DNA of 62,886 nt from an uncultured bacterium (GCA_963978265.1 CAXBQV010000001.1:1-62886); one strand, 5' to 3'. Positions 43,891-53,584 are shown, counted from the first letter of the stretch. Program-made: numbers and translations. The notes: generated by a model not told the origin, from the letters alone.

Positions 43891-43908
43891 TATACCCCCG
43901 GGGGTATA
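43891..43908. promoter_or_regulatory. Perfect 18-bp palindrome TATACCCCCGGGGGTATA (CsoR-family-type operator candidate)
   Basis: Self-complementary over all 18 nt. Centred in the 47-nt divergent gap between lysE (ATG 43871) and the CoADR-rhodanese gene (ATG 43919). Overlaps the TATGAT -10-like hexamer (43907-43912). Confidence 0.6.
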
Positions 43909-43918
43909 TGATCTCCGC

Positions 43919-45550
43919 ATGTCCAAGAACGTTGTCATCATCGGTGGCGTGGCCGGCGGGATGTCCGCAGCCACCCGGCTCCGTCGGCTCGACCCCACCG
44001 CAAACATCGTCGTCCTCGAGCGCTCCAAGTATGTCTCGTACGCGAACTGTGGGCTCCCGTACCACCTTGGCGGCGTCATCGAACATCGCGATGCACTGCT
44101 GCTCCAGACGCCGGAGGGCCTGCACGCCCGCTTCGACCTCGACGTGCGCGTCGGCACCGAAGCAGTTGCCATCGATCCGATCGCACAGACCGTCACCGCA
44201 CGGAACGTCGCTTCCGGAGAGCTCACGACGTTGTCCTACGACGCACTCGTACTCTCCCCCGGTGCCGAGACCATCAAACCGCCGATCCCAGGCATCGACC
44301 TCGCGATGCCGTTGCGTACGGTCGAAGACATGGACGCGCTCATCGAACGTGTCGGTCGCAAGCCGAAGCACGTCACCGTGATCGGCGGCGGCTTCATCGG
44401 CGTGGAGGTCGTGGAGAACCTTCGCCACCTCGACATCGAAGTCACCCTCGTCGAGGCAGCACCGCAAGTGCTGGCACCGATCGATCCGGAGATGGTCGGG
44501 CAGGTGCACAAGGTGCTCGTGGCCAACGGCGTCGACCTCCGGCTCAATGCGCAGGCTGCTGCAATCGAGCACGACGCCGTCGTCCTTGCCAGCGGTGATC
44601 GCATCAAAACCGAACTCACCGTCGTCGCAATCGGCGTTCGCCCGGACACCACGCTTGCGAAGCAGATCGGCCTCGAGATCGGTCCGCGTGGAGGCATCAG
44701 CGTCGACGAGTTCAATCGCACCTCCGTCAAGACCATCTACGCGATCGGCGATGTCGCCGAGAAGCGCGACGCTCTCGACGGTTCCGCCGTACTCGTGCCG
44801 TTGGCGAATATCGCGAACCGTCACGGTCGCGTCGTTGCCGATCACATCGCCGGCATCACGCCGCGACCAGTGCCTGCACAGGTGACTGCGATCGTGAAGG
44901 TCTTCCATATGGCAGTCGCCAGTACCGGCTGGAACGAGAAGCGGTTGAAGGCCGCCGGCCGTCCGTACATCGCGATCCACACGCATCCGGGCCAGCACGC
45001 CGGTTACTACCCCGGCCAGGACCTCATGATGTTGAAACTGCTCGTTGATCCTGAGACGCAGCAGATCCTCGGTGCCCAGGGTGTCGGAGTCGACGGCGTC
45101 GACAAGCGGATCGACGTCATCGCCACCGCGATGAAGGGTGGCATTACTGCACCGGAACTCATGGATCTCGAACTCGCGTACGCACCGCCGTTCTCATCAG
45201 CAAAGGATCCGGTGAACATGCTCGGCTACATCGCCGACAACATCGCCACCGGCCAGACGAAGATCGTGCACTGGGACGACGTCACCGAACTTCAGGCCGC
45301 AGGGACTCCGATCATCGACGTGCGCACGGCGTTCGAGCACAAGCGCGGAAGCATCCCGAACACGTTGAACATCCCGGTCGACGAACTCCGCGCACGCATC
45401 GGCGAAATTCCGAAGGGGAAGGTTGTCGTGTACTGCGCCGTCGGCCAACGCGGCCACACCGCAGCAATGTTCCTCAACCGGCTTGGCTACGACGCGTACA
45501 ACCTCGACGGCGGCTACAAGACGTGGAGCAACTCACCCGCACGCGCGTAG
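43919..45550 (+). CDS. CoA-disulfide (persulfide) reductase-type FAD oxidoreductase with C-terminal rhodanese domain
   Basis: GGVAGGMSAA FAD motif, single redox Cys in SYANCGLPY, second Rossmann GGGFIGVE, C-terminal rhodanese with active-site loop CAVGQRG. Confidence 0.85.
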   Translation: MSKNVVIIGGVAGGMSAATRLRRLDPTANIVVLERSKYVSYANCGLPYHLGGVIEHRDALLLQTPEGLHARFDLDVRVGTEAVAIDPIAQTVTARNVASGELTTLSYDALVLSPGAETIKPPIPGIDLAMPLRTVEDMDALIERVGRKPKHVTVIGGGFIGVEVVENLRHLDIEVTLVEAAPQVLAPIDPEMVGQVHKVLVANGVDLRLNAQAAAIEHDAVVLASGDRIKTELTVVAIGVRPDTTLAKQIGLEIGPRGGISVDEFNRTSVKTIYAIGDVAEKRDALDGSAVLVPLANIANRHGRVVADHIAGITPRPVPAQVTAIVKVFHMAVASTGWNEKRLKAAGRPYIAIHTHPGQHAGYYPGQDLMMLKLLVDPETQQILGAQGVGVDGVDKRIDVIATAMKGGITAPELMDLELAYAPPFSSAKDPVNMLGYIADNIATGQTKIVHWDDVTELQAAGTPIIDVRTAFEHKRGSIPNTLNIPVDELRARIGEIPKGKVVVYCAVGQRGHTAAMFLNRLGYDAYNLDGGYKTWSNSPARA

Positions 45551-45585
45551 TCCGAACAGCGAAGGCGGATCACGCCAAGCGAACG

Positions 45586-45852
45586 TCAGGGCTGGTGCCG
45601 TACATACTTGCGCAGGCCAGCAGCTTTGAGGCGGGTGAGGAGTTCGCGGCTCTCGACGGGCACGGCACCCATGGCGATCGCAGCCGCGCGCATCTCGTCC
45701 GGGAGGTCGTAGTGGTCACCGCCGAAACCACGCTCAGGAATGCCGAGTCGCGCAGCGAACGCGTGCAGTTCGGCGAGTGACAGATCGCTCACGAGATGAC
45801 ACCAGTAGCGGCCGTGATTCGGCCAGTGGGCGTTGTCGATGAGGATGGTCAC
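45586..45852 (-). CDS. DUF4031 family protein
   Basis: 88 aa from GTG at 45852 (GTGA overlap with the upstream stop). HLVSDLSLAELHAFAARLGIP is typical of DUF4031. Confidence 0.65.
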   Translation of the reverse strand: MTILIDNAHWPNHGRYWCHLVSDLSLAELHAFAARLGIPERGFGGDHYDLPDEMRAAAIAMGAVPVESRELLTRLKAAGLRKYVRHQP

Positions 45853-46151
45853 GCGTATTCGCGGCGCAAGCGTCGCTCTGCCACGAACGACATGAACGGG
45901 ATCGTGCCCCACAGCGCGGTCACGATCAGCCGGCCGACGCCCCACCGGGCCTTGATACCGAGGTCTGATGTCACCAGCAGGTAGCCCATGTAGAGGAAGC
46001 CGTGCAACTGCCAGCCAATGGAGTACCAGGTGGCGTGCTGATGGAATGCGTACTTGTACGGCAGACCGACCACGGTCATGAATCCGAGCAGACAGCCGGT
46101 CGCCCACGCGAAGTACTGGTAGCGACGGAAGGCCGGCTTGATCTTGTCCAT
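45849..46151 (-). CDS. DUF3817 family integral membrane protein
   Basis: 100 aa from MDKIKPAFRRYQYFAW...; 3 TM segments. The ATG shares one nt with the SURF1 TAA. Confidence 0.65.
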   Translation of the reverse strand: MDKIKPAFRRYQYFAWATGCLLGFMTVVGLPYKYAFHQHATWYSIGWQLHGFLYMGYLLVTSDLGIKARWGVGRLIVTALWGTIPFMSFVAERRLRREYA

Positions 46152-46858
46152 TACTGCTTCCTTTCGGCACGCACATCGAGGATGTAGCGCGTGAGGAGGA
46201 ACACGATAAACGCTGCAAACGCCCACCACTGCCAGGCGTACATGAGGTTGCGCCACGAGATGCCTGACGGCGGTGTCACGAGCGTCATGCCGACGCCGTC
46301 CTTCATCACAAAACCGTCGAGCAGTGGCAACTGCCACCGCATGACGAGTTCATTCGTGCTGATGTAGGGAATGTCATCTGCCGGCGTCAGCATGGCCGGC
46401 GGTCTGACCATCACTTCTGCGGGCTGCAGACGTCCTTTGACGTCCATGTCCTGCGAACCGAACGCGCGCACTTCGGCAAGCCGCTTCGCGCAGTCCACCC
46501 GGTCACACATGTCGGTGACGAGCACAACCGACAGCGATCCGTCGCGCAGCGCAAGCGGGGACAGCAGGATGCACTTGTCGTACGCACGTCCGCAGGACAT
46601 GAGCGTGCGCGCTCCGTCGAGTGTGCCCGACACGGTGACTTCCCGTGCGAAGTCGAATTCGGAGACATAGGCAGCCGGCTTCAGAAGCGACTGCACCGGC
46701 ACGGCCGGCGCGGAGAGCACCTGCTTCGTGATGTCGTCGCGGTGTGCACGGCTGTATTGCCACAACCCGAGTCCGCTCGCCACTGCGAGCGCCGCAAGCG
46801 CGAGCACGGATGCGATGACAATCCGTGCCCCGTCGGAGCGGGTGAGGTTAGTGCTCAT
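46151..46858 (-). CDS. SURF1-family cytochrome oxidase biogenesis protein
   Basis: N- and C-terminal TM segments around a periplasmic domain; LGLWQYSRAHRDD and WRNLMYAWQWWAFA motifs. Confidence 0.75.
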   Translation of the reverse strand: MSTNLTRSDGARIVIASVLALAALAVASGLGLWQYSRAHRDDITKQVLSAPAVPVQSLLKPAAYVSEFDFAREVTVSGTLDGARTLMSCGRAYDKCILLSPLALRDGSLSVVLVTDMCDRVDCAKRLAEVRAFGSQDMDVKGRLQPAEVMVRPPAMLTPADDIPYISTNELVMRWQLPLLDGFVMKDGVGMTLVTPPSGISWRNLMYAWQWWAFAAFIVFLLTRYILDVRAERKQ

Positions 46859-47039
46859 CCTTCGGCATCTGGATCTTGCCGAGTTGTGTCTTCATGCTGC
46901 GATACAGGAGCAGGCCTGCGGCCATGAGTGCGAGCCAGAAGATGAAGAACAACTGGCCCGATGAGAGTCCGGATGCGTTCTGCGGGATGGCCGGTGCCGT
47001 CGAATCCGACCATCGCAGAATCAGGGCGAGGATGCTCAT
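46848..47039 (-). CDS. Possible small membrane protein (63 aa)
   Basis: MSILALILRW...QLFFIFWLALMAAGLLLYRSMK has one clear TM segment. 11-nt overlap with the SURF1 start. No homology recognised and no SD. Confidence 0.3.
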   Translation of the reverse strand: MSILALILRWSDSTAPAIPQNASGLSSGQLFFIFWLALMAAGLLLYRSMKTQLGKIQMPKDEH

Positions 47040-47056
47040 GCAGATATTCTGCACCC

Positions 47057-47524
47057 ATGCCGGAGATTCCCCCGCATCTGCATGAGCGCTACGGCATTCG
47101 TCCGCCGTCGCGATGGCGTTGGATCGGCTATGTGGCCGCAATTGCGGCAGGCGCTTTCGTCGCGGTGTACTTCGTGTCCCGCTATTCGGCGACCCAACAG
47201 GCAAGTGCCTCGATCATCGAGTGGGCTCCGGTAGATGGCACGTCCATCACGCTTACGTTCCAGGCGAACGCCGCAGATCGGGATCGCTTCTGCGCCGTGC
47301 GAGCGCAGGACTTCGATCAGTACGACGTCGGATTTGTGGTGCTGCCCGTGTCCGCGAAGGCGCAGAGCGTCACGTACATCATGCGCACGTTGACGAAACC
47401 GTTCGCAGTGGACGTGGTGGGCTGCAACACGGATCCGACAGAGATCTTCGGGCCGCAGTTCGCGCCCGGCGTACTGCCGCCTCCGCAGGATGCGCCGGGC
47501 ATGGCCCCGGGCGTCTGGCAGTAA
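47057..47524 (+). CDS. DUF4307 family membrane-anchored protein
   Basis: Start MPEIPPHLHERYG...; single TM segment WIGYVAAIAAGAFVAVYFV then a beta-rich domain. Conserved neighbour of greA in actinobacteria. TATTCT hexamer 6 nt before the ATG. Confidence 0.65.
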   Translation: MPEIPPHLHERYGIRPPSRWRWIGYVAAIAAGAFVAVYFVSRYSATQQASASIIEWAPVDGTSITLTFQANAADRDRFCAVRAQDFDQYDVGFVVLPVSAKAQSVTYIMRTLTKPFAVDVVGCNTDPTEIFGPQFAPGVLPPPQDAPGMAPGVWQ

Positions 47525-47549
47525 TCTGCTGCCCCTGCAAGGAGGCGAC

Positions 47550-48023
47550 ATGACCGAACACGTGACGTGGCTTACCCAGGAGGCGTACGACCGCCTGAAG
47601 GAGGAGCTCGACGACCGCTCCGGTCCGCAGCGCGCCGAGATCACGAAGCGCATCGAGCTCGCACGGCAGGAGGGCGACCTCAAGGAGAACGGTGGCTACC
47701 ACGCCGCCCGTGAGGCGCAAGGAATGAACGAGGCTCGCATCCGTCATCTCGCGCACCTGCTCGAGCACGCGCACATCGGCACGCCGGATGTCGAAGACGG
47801 CGTTGCGCACGTCGGCCGAACCGTCACGGTCGAGTTCGACGGCGGCGATCAGGAGACGTATCTGCTCGGGTCGCGCGAAGAGGCTGCACACTCCGATATC
47901 GAGGTGTTGTCGCCCACGTCGCCTCTTGGGAACGCCTTGATCGGCAAGCGGATTGGTGACGACGTGACGTACACCCTGGCGAATGGCCGCTCGATCACGG
48001 TCACGCTCGCCGACGTTCAGTAG
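47550..48023 (+). CDS. greA: Transcription elongation factor GreA
   Basis: AAGGAGG SD. WLTQEAYDRLKEEL coiled-coil N-domain; C-terminal ...SPLGNALIGKRIGD. Confidence 0.95.
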   Translation: MTEHVTWLTQEAYDRLKEELDDRSGPQRAEITKRIELARQEGDLKENGGYHAAREAQGMNEARIRHLAHLLEHAHIGTPDVEDGVAHVGRTVTVEFDGGDQETYLLGSREEAAHSDIEVLSPTSPLGNALIGKRIGDDVTYTLANGRSITVTLADVQ

Positions 48024-48355
48024 ATCTTCAACTCCTGCTCGACGCGGTCGAGCAGCATTTCGGCTCGTGCATCGGATGCCGACGCGAGCGACTTCGCCAG
48101 TGTTTCGATGACATCAGGTAGCGCCAGCCGCTGCACGCCGATGGCAAACGCGGGAACTCCCCGGAGTTCGGCATCTGTGCGCTGCATGACGTCGGCGAGC
48201 TCTCTCATGATCGTCTCGACGGTGCGGCCATCCGTAGCCGGCGAAAGATGCGGGGCGCGCGCCCCGAGCGGTTCACGCGGAGCTTGACCCCATTGCGGAT
48301 CCGGGAGGCGGCGCAGTCGTGCGCACGCCTCCCGGATCGCGGAGCGTTGTTCCAC
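48017..48355 (-). CDS. Hypothetical protein (orphan; start uncertain)
   Basis: GTG at 48355 overlaps the BI-1 TAG by 1 nt; alternative ATG at 48208 gives 63 aa. The C-terminal 65 aa look protein-like and helical; no family recognised. The 3' end overlaps the greA stop by 7 nt. Confidence 0.3.
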   Translation of the reverse strand: MEQRSAIREACARLRRLPDPQWGQAPREPLGARAPHLSPATDGRTVETIMRELADVMQRTDAELRGVPAFAIGVQRLALPDVIETLAKSLASASDARAEMLLDRVEQELKIY

Positions 48356-49176
48356 TAGTCGCGGTTGTTCGCGAAGATCGCGAGGAAGCGCAGGATCTCC
48401 ACGTACAGCCATACGAGTGTGGCGGTGAGACCGAACGCCATGCGCCATGCCTCCTTCTCGGGAAGACCGAAGCGCACACCTTCCTCGATCATGTTGAAGT
48501 CGAGTGCCAGCGAGAATGATGCAAGGGCAACGCCCGCAAGGCACAGCAGCATGCCGAAGCCTCCGACGCCATAGAAGCCCCAGCCCTCACCGACGCCGAA
48601 GAACGACGAGATGAAGGATGCGAGACCGATGAGGCCATATGCGATGAGCGAGCCGAGCATCACCTTCATGAACGTGCCGTTCACCCTGATGATGCGATTC
48701 GAGTACAGCGCCAACATCACGGCGAACGCCACAACTGTTCCGAGGACGGCCTGACCGACCAGGTTCGGTGCAACTTCCGCGTATTGCGCACTGAATGCGC
48801 CGCTCAGCATGCCGATGAACAGACCCTGGGCAACGGCATACACGACCACGAGCGCGGGCACCACGTTCTTCTTGAACGCGTTGACGAAGCCGAGCGCGAG
48901 GCCGACGACCATGCCGAGGAGGCCGAGTGCGGGGTTGTTCCAACCGACGTATGCCCCCGCCGCTACTGCTAGCAGTGAGAGCGAGGTCTTTGCGACGACG
49001 TCGGGAATCTGCATGGTGCGCTCGCCGAACGCGGCCGCGCCGAACGAACGCTCCAACTGCTCGACGTTCTCACCACCAGCCTGGCCGAATGCTGCCCTGC
49101 CTTCTTCGTACAGTGCCCCGCGGCTCTCGGCAGCAGTTTCAAGCGAACGACGGAGCACCGGATTGTTGCTCTGCAT
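48355..49176 (-). CDS. Bax inhibitor-1/YccA family membrane protein
   Basis: 273 aa with a ~60-aa soluble N-terminus and 7 TM segments, ending ...LYVEILRFLAIF. SD GGGAGGA. Confidence 0.85.
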   Translation of the reverse strand: MQSNNPVLRRSLETAAESRGALYEEGRAAFGQAGGENVEQLERSFGAAAFGERTMQIPDVVAKTSLSLLAVAAGAYVGWNNPALGLLGMVVGLALGFVNAFKKNVVPALVVVYAVAQGLFIGMLSGAFSAQYAEVAPNLVGQAVLGTVVAFAVMLALYSNRIIRVNGTFMKVMLGSLIAYGLIGLASFISSFFGVGEGWGFYGVGGFGMLLCLAGVALASFSLALDFNMIEEGVRFGLPEKEAWRMAFGLTATLVWLYVEILRFLAIFANNRD

Positions 49177-49291
49177 GAGTTCCTCCCTTTGGACGGTCTT
49201 ACGACCGCCGACCGGCTTCGCAGCCGGTTCACGTACGGTAACGGATGCGCAGGCTGCCGGATTCCGCCCACCTCAAAGGGAAACAATCCCC

Positions 49292-50461
49292 TTACAGAGG
49301 CACGATGAACGACATGGATGCGAACTCACCGGTGACCGGATCGGTGTAGTCCACGGCATGCACCCGTCCCCGCACCAGGGTGCCATCGGGGCGGCGGTAG
49401 GTAAGCGAATGGATAGTCGGCCAGCGCTTGCCTTCACGGCGCATGGCATCAAACGTGCCCCACTGCTCAGCATTGATTTCGGGAGGAGCCAACTCGGCAA
49501 CATCGATTCCGATGACTTCCTCCAACGGGCGACCCACCAGGTCCGCATACGCCTGATTTGCTGCAACCACTCTTATGCGGCCGTCACGGAGGGCCAGCCG
49601 ATTGTGGGGCAACGTGAGGTGCTGTTCGAGTGCATCGAAGGCTGCCTTCAAGCGCCGGTTCTCGATATCCAGGAATTGCGGAGAACTCGTATCCATGAAG
49701 GCAGCAACGCGTGCCGGCGCACCTCCATAGATCGTGGGCAGGCCGCGGACCAACGCAGTGAATACACTGCCGTCCTTGCGAATCAGCTTGCCAACAGTGA
49801 TGCTCGCCCCTTCACCCCGAACGGCGGCAGCGAACTTCTCGTAATCTTCGGGCGCGACGAATTGGAATGCATCAACACCAACGAGTTGATCAGGCGAGTC
49901 GTAGCCGAGCATCTCGGCGGCGCGATTGTTGAGCACCAGCACCCGACCGTTGCGGTGCACCCACATTCCTTCTGACGCAGCGTCCATCAACACCTGCATC
50001 GCATCGGCCGACTCGTTGAACAACTTCTGCGCACGTACTTGTTCGGTGATGTCACCGACGATACCGAGGTAGCTGACACCGGGACCTTCGGCCGTCTTCG
50101 GCAACGGATTGGCATGGATGCGTACCGGCACTTCGAATCCGTCGTAGCGGCGGAACCGGACCGTGTGGTGCCAACTGCGCCCGCTGTCACGTGCTTGCTT
50201 GTACTCCGCAACGGTCCGGTGGACTTCGTCAGGATGAATCATCTTGATCCACTCCCGGCCCAACAGTGACGATGCCGGCACACCGAGCATTTCGCAGAGT
50301 GCCGGGTTCACGAAGTTCCATGCGCCACTCGGATCGGATTCGAAGGCCCCGACGGAATCGAGCAAACTCAGTGTTGCGCGTCGCGCTTCAACCGAAACGA
50401 ACGGCAGGCGTGCGGAGTCGGCGTCGGGAAGTTCGGGCGTGTTCACGATGCGATCGACCAC
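49292..50461 (-). CDS. Stand-alone triple-PAS domain protein (no output domain)
   Basis: Three PAS-like repeats (FVNPALCEMLG..., VLNNRAAEMLGY..., VAANQAYADLVG...). GTG at 50461; an alternative GTG at 50446 forms a GTGA overlap with the ppx stop. Confidence 0.75.
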   Translation of the reverse strand: MVDRIVNTPELPDADSARLPFVSVEARRATLSLLDSVGAFESDPSGAWNFVNPALCEMLGVPASSLLGREWIKMIHPDEVHRTVAEYKQARDSGRSWHHTVRFRRYDGFEVPVRIHANPLPKTAEGPGVSYLGIVGDITEQVRAQKLFNESADAMQVLMDAASEGMWVHRNGRVLVLNNRAAEMLGYDSPDQLVGVDAFQFVAPEDYEKFAAAVRGEGASITVGKLIRKDGSVFTALVRGLPTIYGGAPARVAAFMDTSSPQFLDIENRRLKAAFDALEQHLTLPHNRLALRDGRIRVVAANQAYADLVGRPLEEVIGIDVAELAPPEINAEQWGTFDAMRREGKRWPTIHSLTYRRPDGTLVRGRVHAVDYTDPVTGEFASMSFIVPL

Positions 50462-51357
50462 GCTATGCCGTCGAGTATGTCGTGCTCGCTGACGAGCACC
50501 CGGTCGAAACCACCGACTTCCATCACGCGTCGCAGGATAAGCGCGCCTGCCGGTATCACGTCAACGCGTCCAGGATGCATATACGGCAGTGCCGCACGTT
50601 CACTGGCAGTCGCCCGGCTGAAGTCATCCGACGCCGCCTGCACCTGCGCGAGTGACAACCGAGCGAGATGGATGGCATACGGGTCGTACGCGAGCAGACC
50701 AAGTGCGTGGGCAGCGACGGTGGTGACGGAACCAGCGACGCCAACGAGTGTCTTCGCGTCGTGCAGGGGCACGGTTCCAGCGGCCTCGAGAATCGCTTCG
50801 TCGATGTCCTCAGTGGCGGCCGCGAGTGATTCCTCGCTCGGTCGATCGGTGATGCGATGCCGCTCCGTCATGCGCACGCAACCGACGTTCATCGACCGTG
50901 CCGCGAGCGGCGCTTCGATGCCGAGCACGAATTCCGTGGAGCCGCCGCCGATGTCGAGCACGAGGAACGGCGAGGGTGTGTTGCCGAGAAGTTCACGGGT
51001 GGCGCCGGCGAACGAAAGCGCAGCTTCCTCATCACCCGAAATCACCTCCGGGGTCACACCAAGGCGTTCCTCGACGCCGCGGATGAATACATCCCGATTC
51101 GCGGCGTCACGGGTTGCCGACGTCGCGACGAACCGGATTCGCTCCACGCCCTTTCGGGCACATTGCGCGGCGTACTGGTCGCAGGCGGCAAAAGTGCGCG
51201 CGATGGCATCGTCGGCGAACCTCCCGGTGGCGTCGACGCCCTGCCCAAGTCGCACCACGGTCATTTCCCGCACGACATCGCGCATGCCGGATGCGCTCAC
51301 ATCTGCAATGAGGAGGCGGATGGAGTTGGTGCCGCAATCGATGGCTGCTACTCGCAT
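50443..51357 (-). CDS. ppx: Ppx/GppA family exopolyphosphatase
   Basis: Start MRVAAIDCGTNSIRLLIADV; DIGGGSTEF. ASKHA fold. Confidence 0.85.
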   Translation of the reverse strand: MRVAAIDCGTNSIRLLIADVSASGMRDVVREMTVVRLGQGVDATGRFADDAIARTFAACDQYAAQCARKGVERIRFVATSATRDAANRDVFIRGVEERLGVTPEVISGDEEAALSFAGATRELLGNTPSPFLVLDIGGGSTEFVLGIEAPLAARSMNVGCVRMTERHRITDRPSEESLAAATEDIDEAILEAAGTVPLHDAKTLVGVAGSVTTVAAHALGLLAYDPYAIHLARLSLAQVQAASDDFSRATASERAALPYMHPGRVDVIPAGALILRRVMEVGGFDRVLVSEHDILDGIAWSIAS

Positions 51358-51842
51358 GTCTCGCCCACGCATCCCGTGGGTTTCCACCATTCGCCGATAG
51401 CGGCGAGCACTTCGTCACCCAACGGGTTCACCCCCGGCCCGGCCGCCAATGCGTGCGCGGCGAGCACGTGCAGACATTTCACGCGATTCGGCATACCGCC
51501 AGCGGAGATGCCGGCAATTTCCGGCACATCCCCCAGTGCTGCACGGTCCGCGAGGTACGACGCATGTGCGCGTCGATAGGAGGCAGCGAGTGCGGGGTCC
51601 GCGTCGAGTCGCGACTGCATCTCAGCCATCACACCGTTTGCTTCCAGCGTGCCGATCGCACTCGCCGCTTTCGGACAGGTCAGGTAGTAGACGGTCGGGA
51701 ACGGAGTGCCGTCGGGCAGCCGCGGTTCGGTCATGACGACGCAGGGCTTGCCGCATCCGCAGTGCGCCGCGATTCGCGCAACACCGCGCGGCTCTCGTCC
51801 GAGTTGCAGCCGCAGGATCTCGAGGTCTTCGGCAGTCGTCAC
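51348..51842 (-). CDS. DUF501 family protein
   Basis: GTG at 51842 (GTGA overlap with the ftsB stop). CGCGKPCVVMTEPRLPDGTPFPTVYYLTCP is the hallmark DUF501 block. Confidence 0.75.
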   Translation of the reverse strand: MTTAEDLEILRLQLGREPRGVARIAAHCGCGKPCVVMTEPRLPDGTPFPTVYYLTCPKAASAIGTLEANGVMAEMQSRLDADPALAASYRRAHASYLADRAALGDVPEIAGISAGGMPNRVKCLHVLAAHALAAGPGVNPLGDEVLAAIGEWWKPTGCVGETCE

Positions 51843-52270
51843 TTCGTCACCTGCAATGGTGCGGCCGTTTTGCCTGCGCGTTGGATGCCGCCCCACACCG
51901 CGGTGTACCAGGCGCGCGAACGCTTCTGCGTGACAGTGCCTTGGTAGAGCACTGGAGCGGCTTCGGCCTCGAGCACGACGTAGCCCACTTGGCCCGGCAT
52001 CACGAAATGCAGCCGCTCTCGCGCCTGGACTGCGACGAACGCAGGGTCGTTCCATTTCGCGATCTGCTTGTTGAGTTCCTTCAACTCCGCCTGTGCCTGT
52101 GCCTGCCGGTCATACAGCGCGTTGATGCGGTTGCGCTGATTCACGAGGTCCCGCATCGGAAGCGCAAGCGAGATGAACACGAACACGGTGACCACGGCCA
52201 GGATCGCCGAACGCGCGGTGAGAACAGAACGCGCACCACCCCGGCGTCGGGACGGTGCGCGATCGGTCAC
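51839..52270 (-). CDS. ftsB: Septum formation initiator (FtsB/DivIC-like)
   Basis: Basic N-terminus, one TM segment (ILAVVTVFVFISLAL), coiled coil (QAQAQAELKELNKQIAKW), DPAFVAVQARERLHFVMPGQ. Conserved position after eno. Confidence 0.75.
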   Translation of the reverse strand: MTDRAPSRRRGGARSVLTARSAILAVVTVFVFISLALPMRDLVNQRNRINALYDRQAQAQAELKELNKQIAKWNDPAFVAVQARERLHFVMPGQVGYVVLEAEAAPVLYQGTVTQKRSRAWYTAVWGGIQRAGKTAAPLQVTK

Positions 52271-52288
52271 AAGCAGATTGTGCCGTGC

Positions 52289-53584
<1,296 letters not shown>

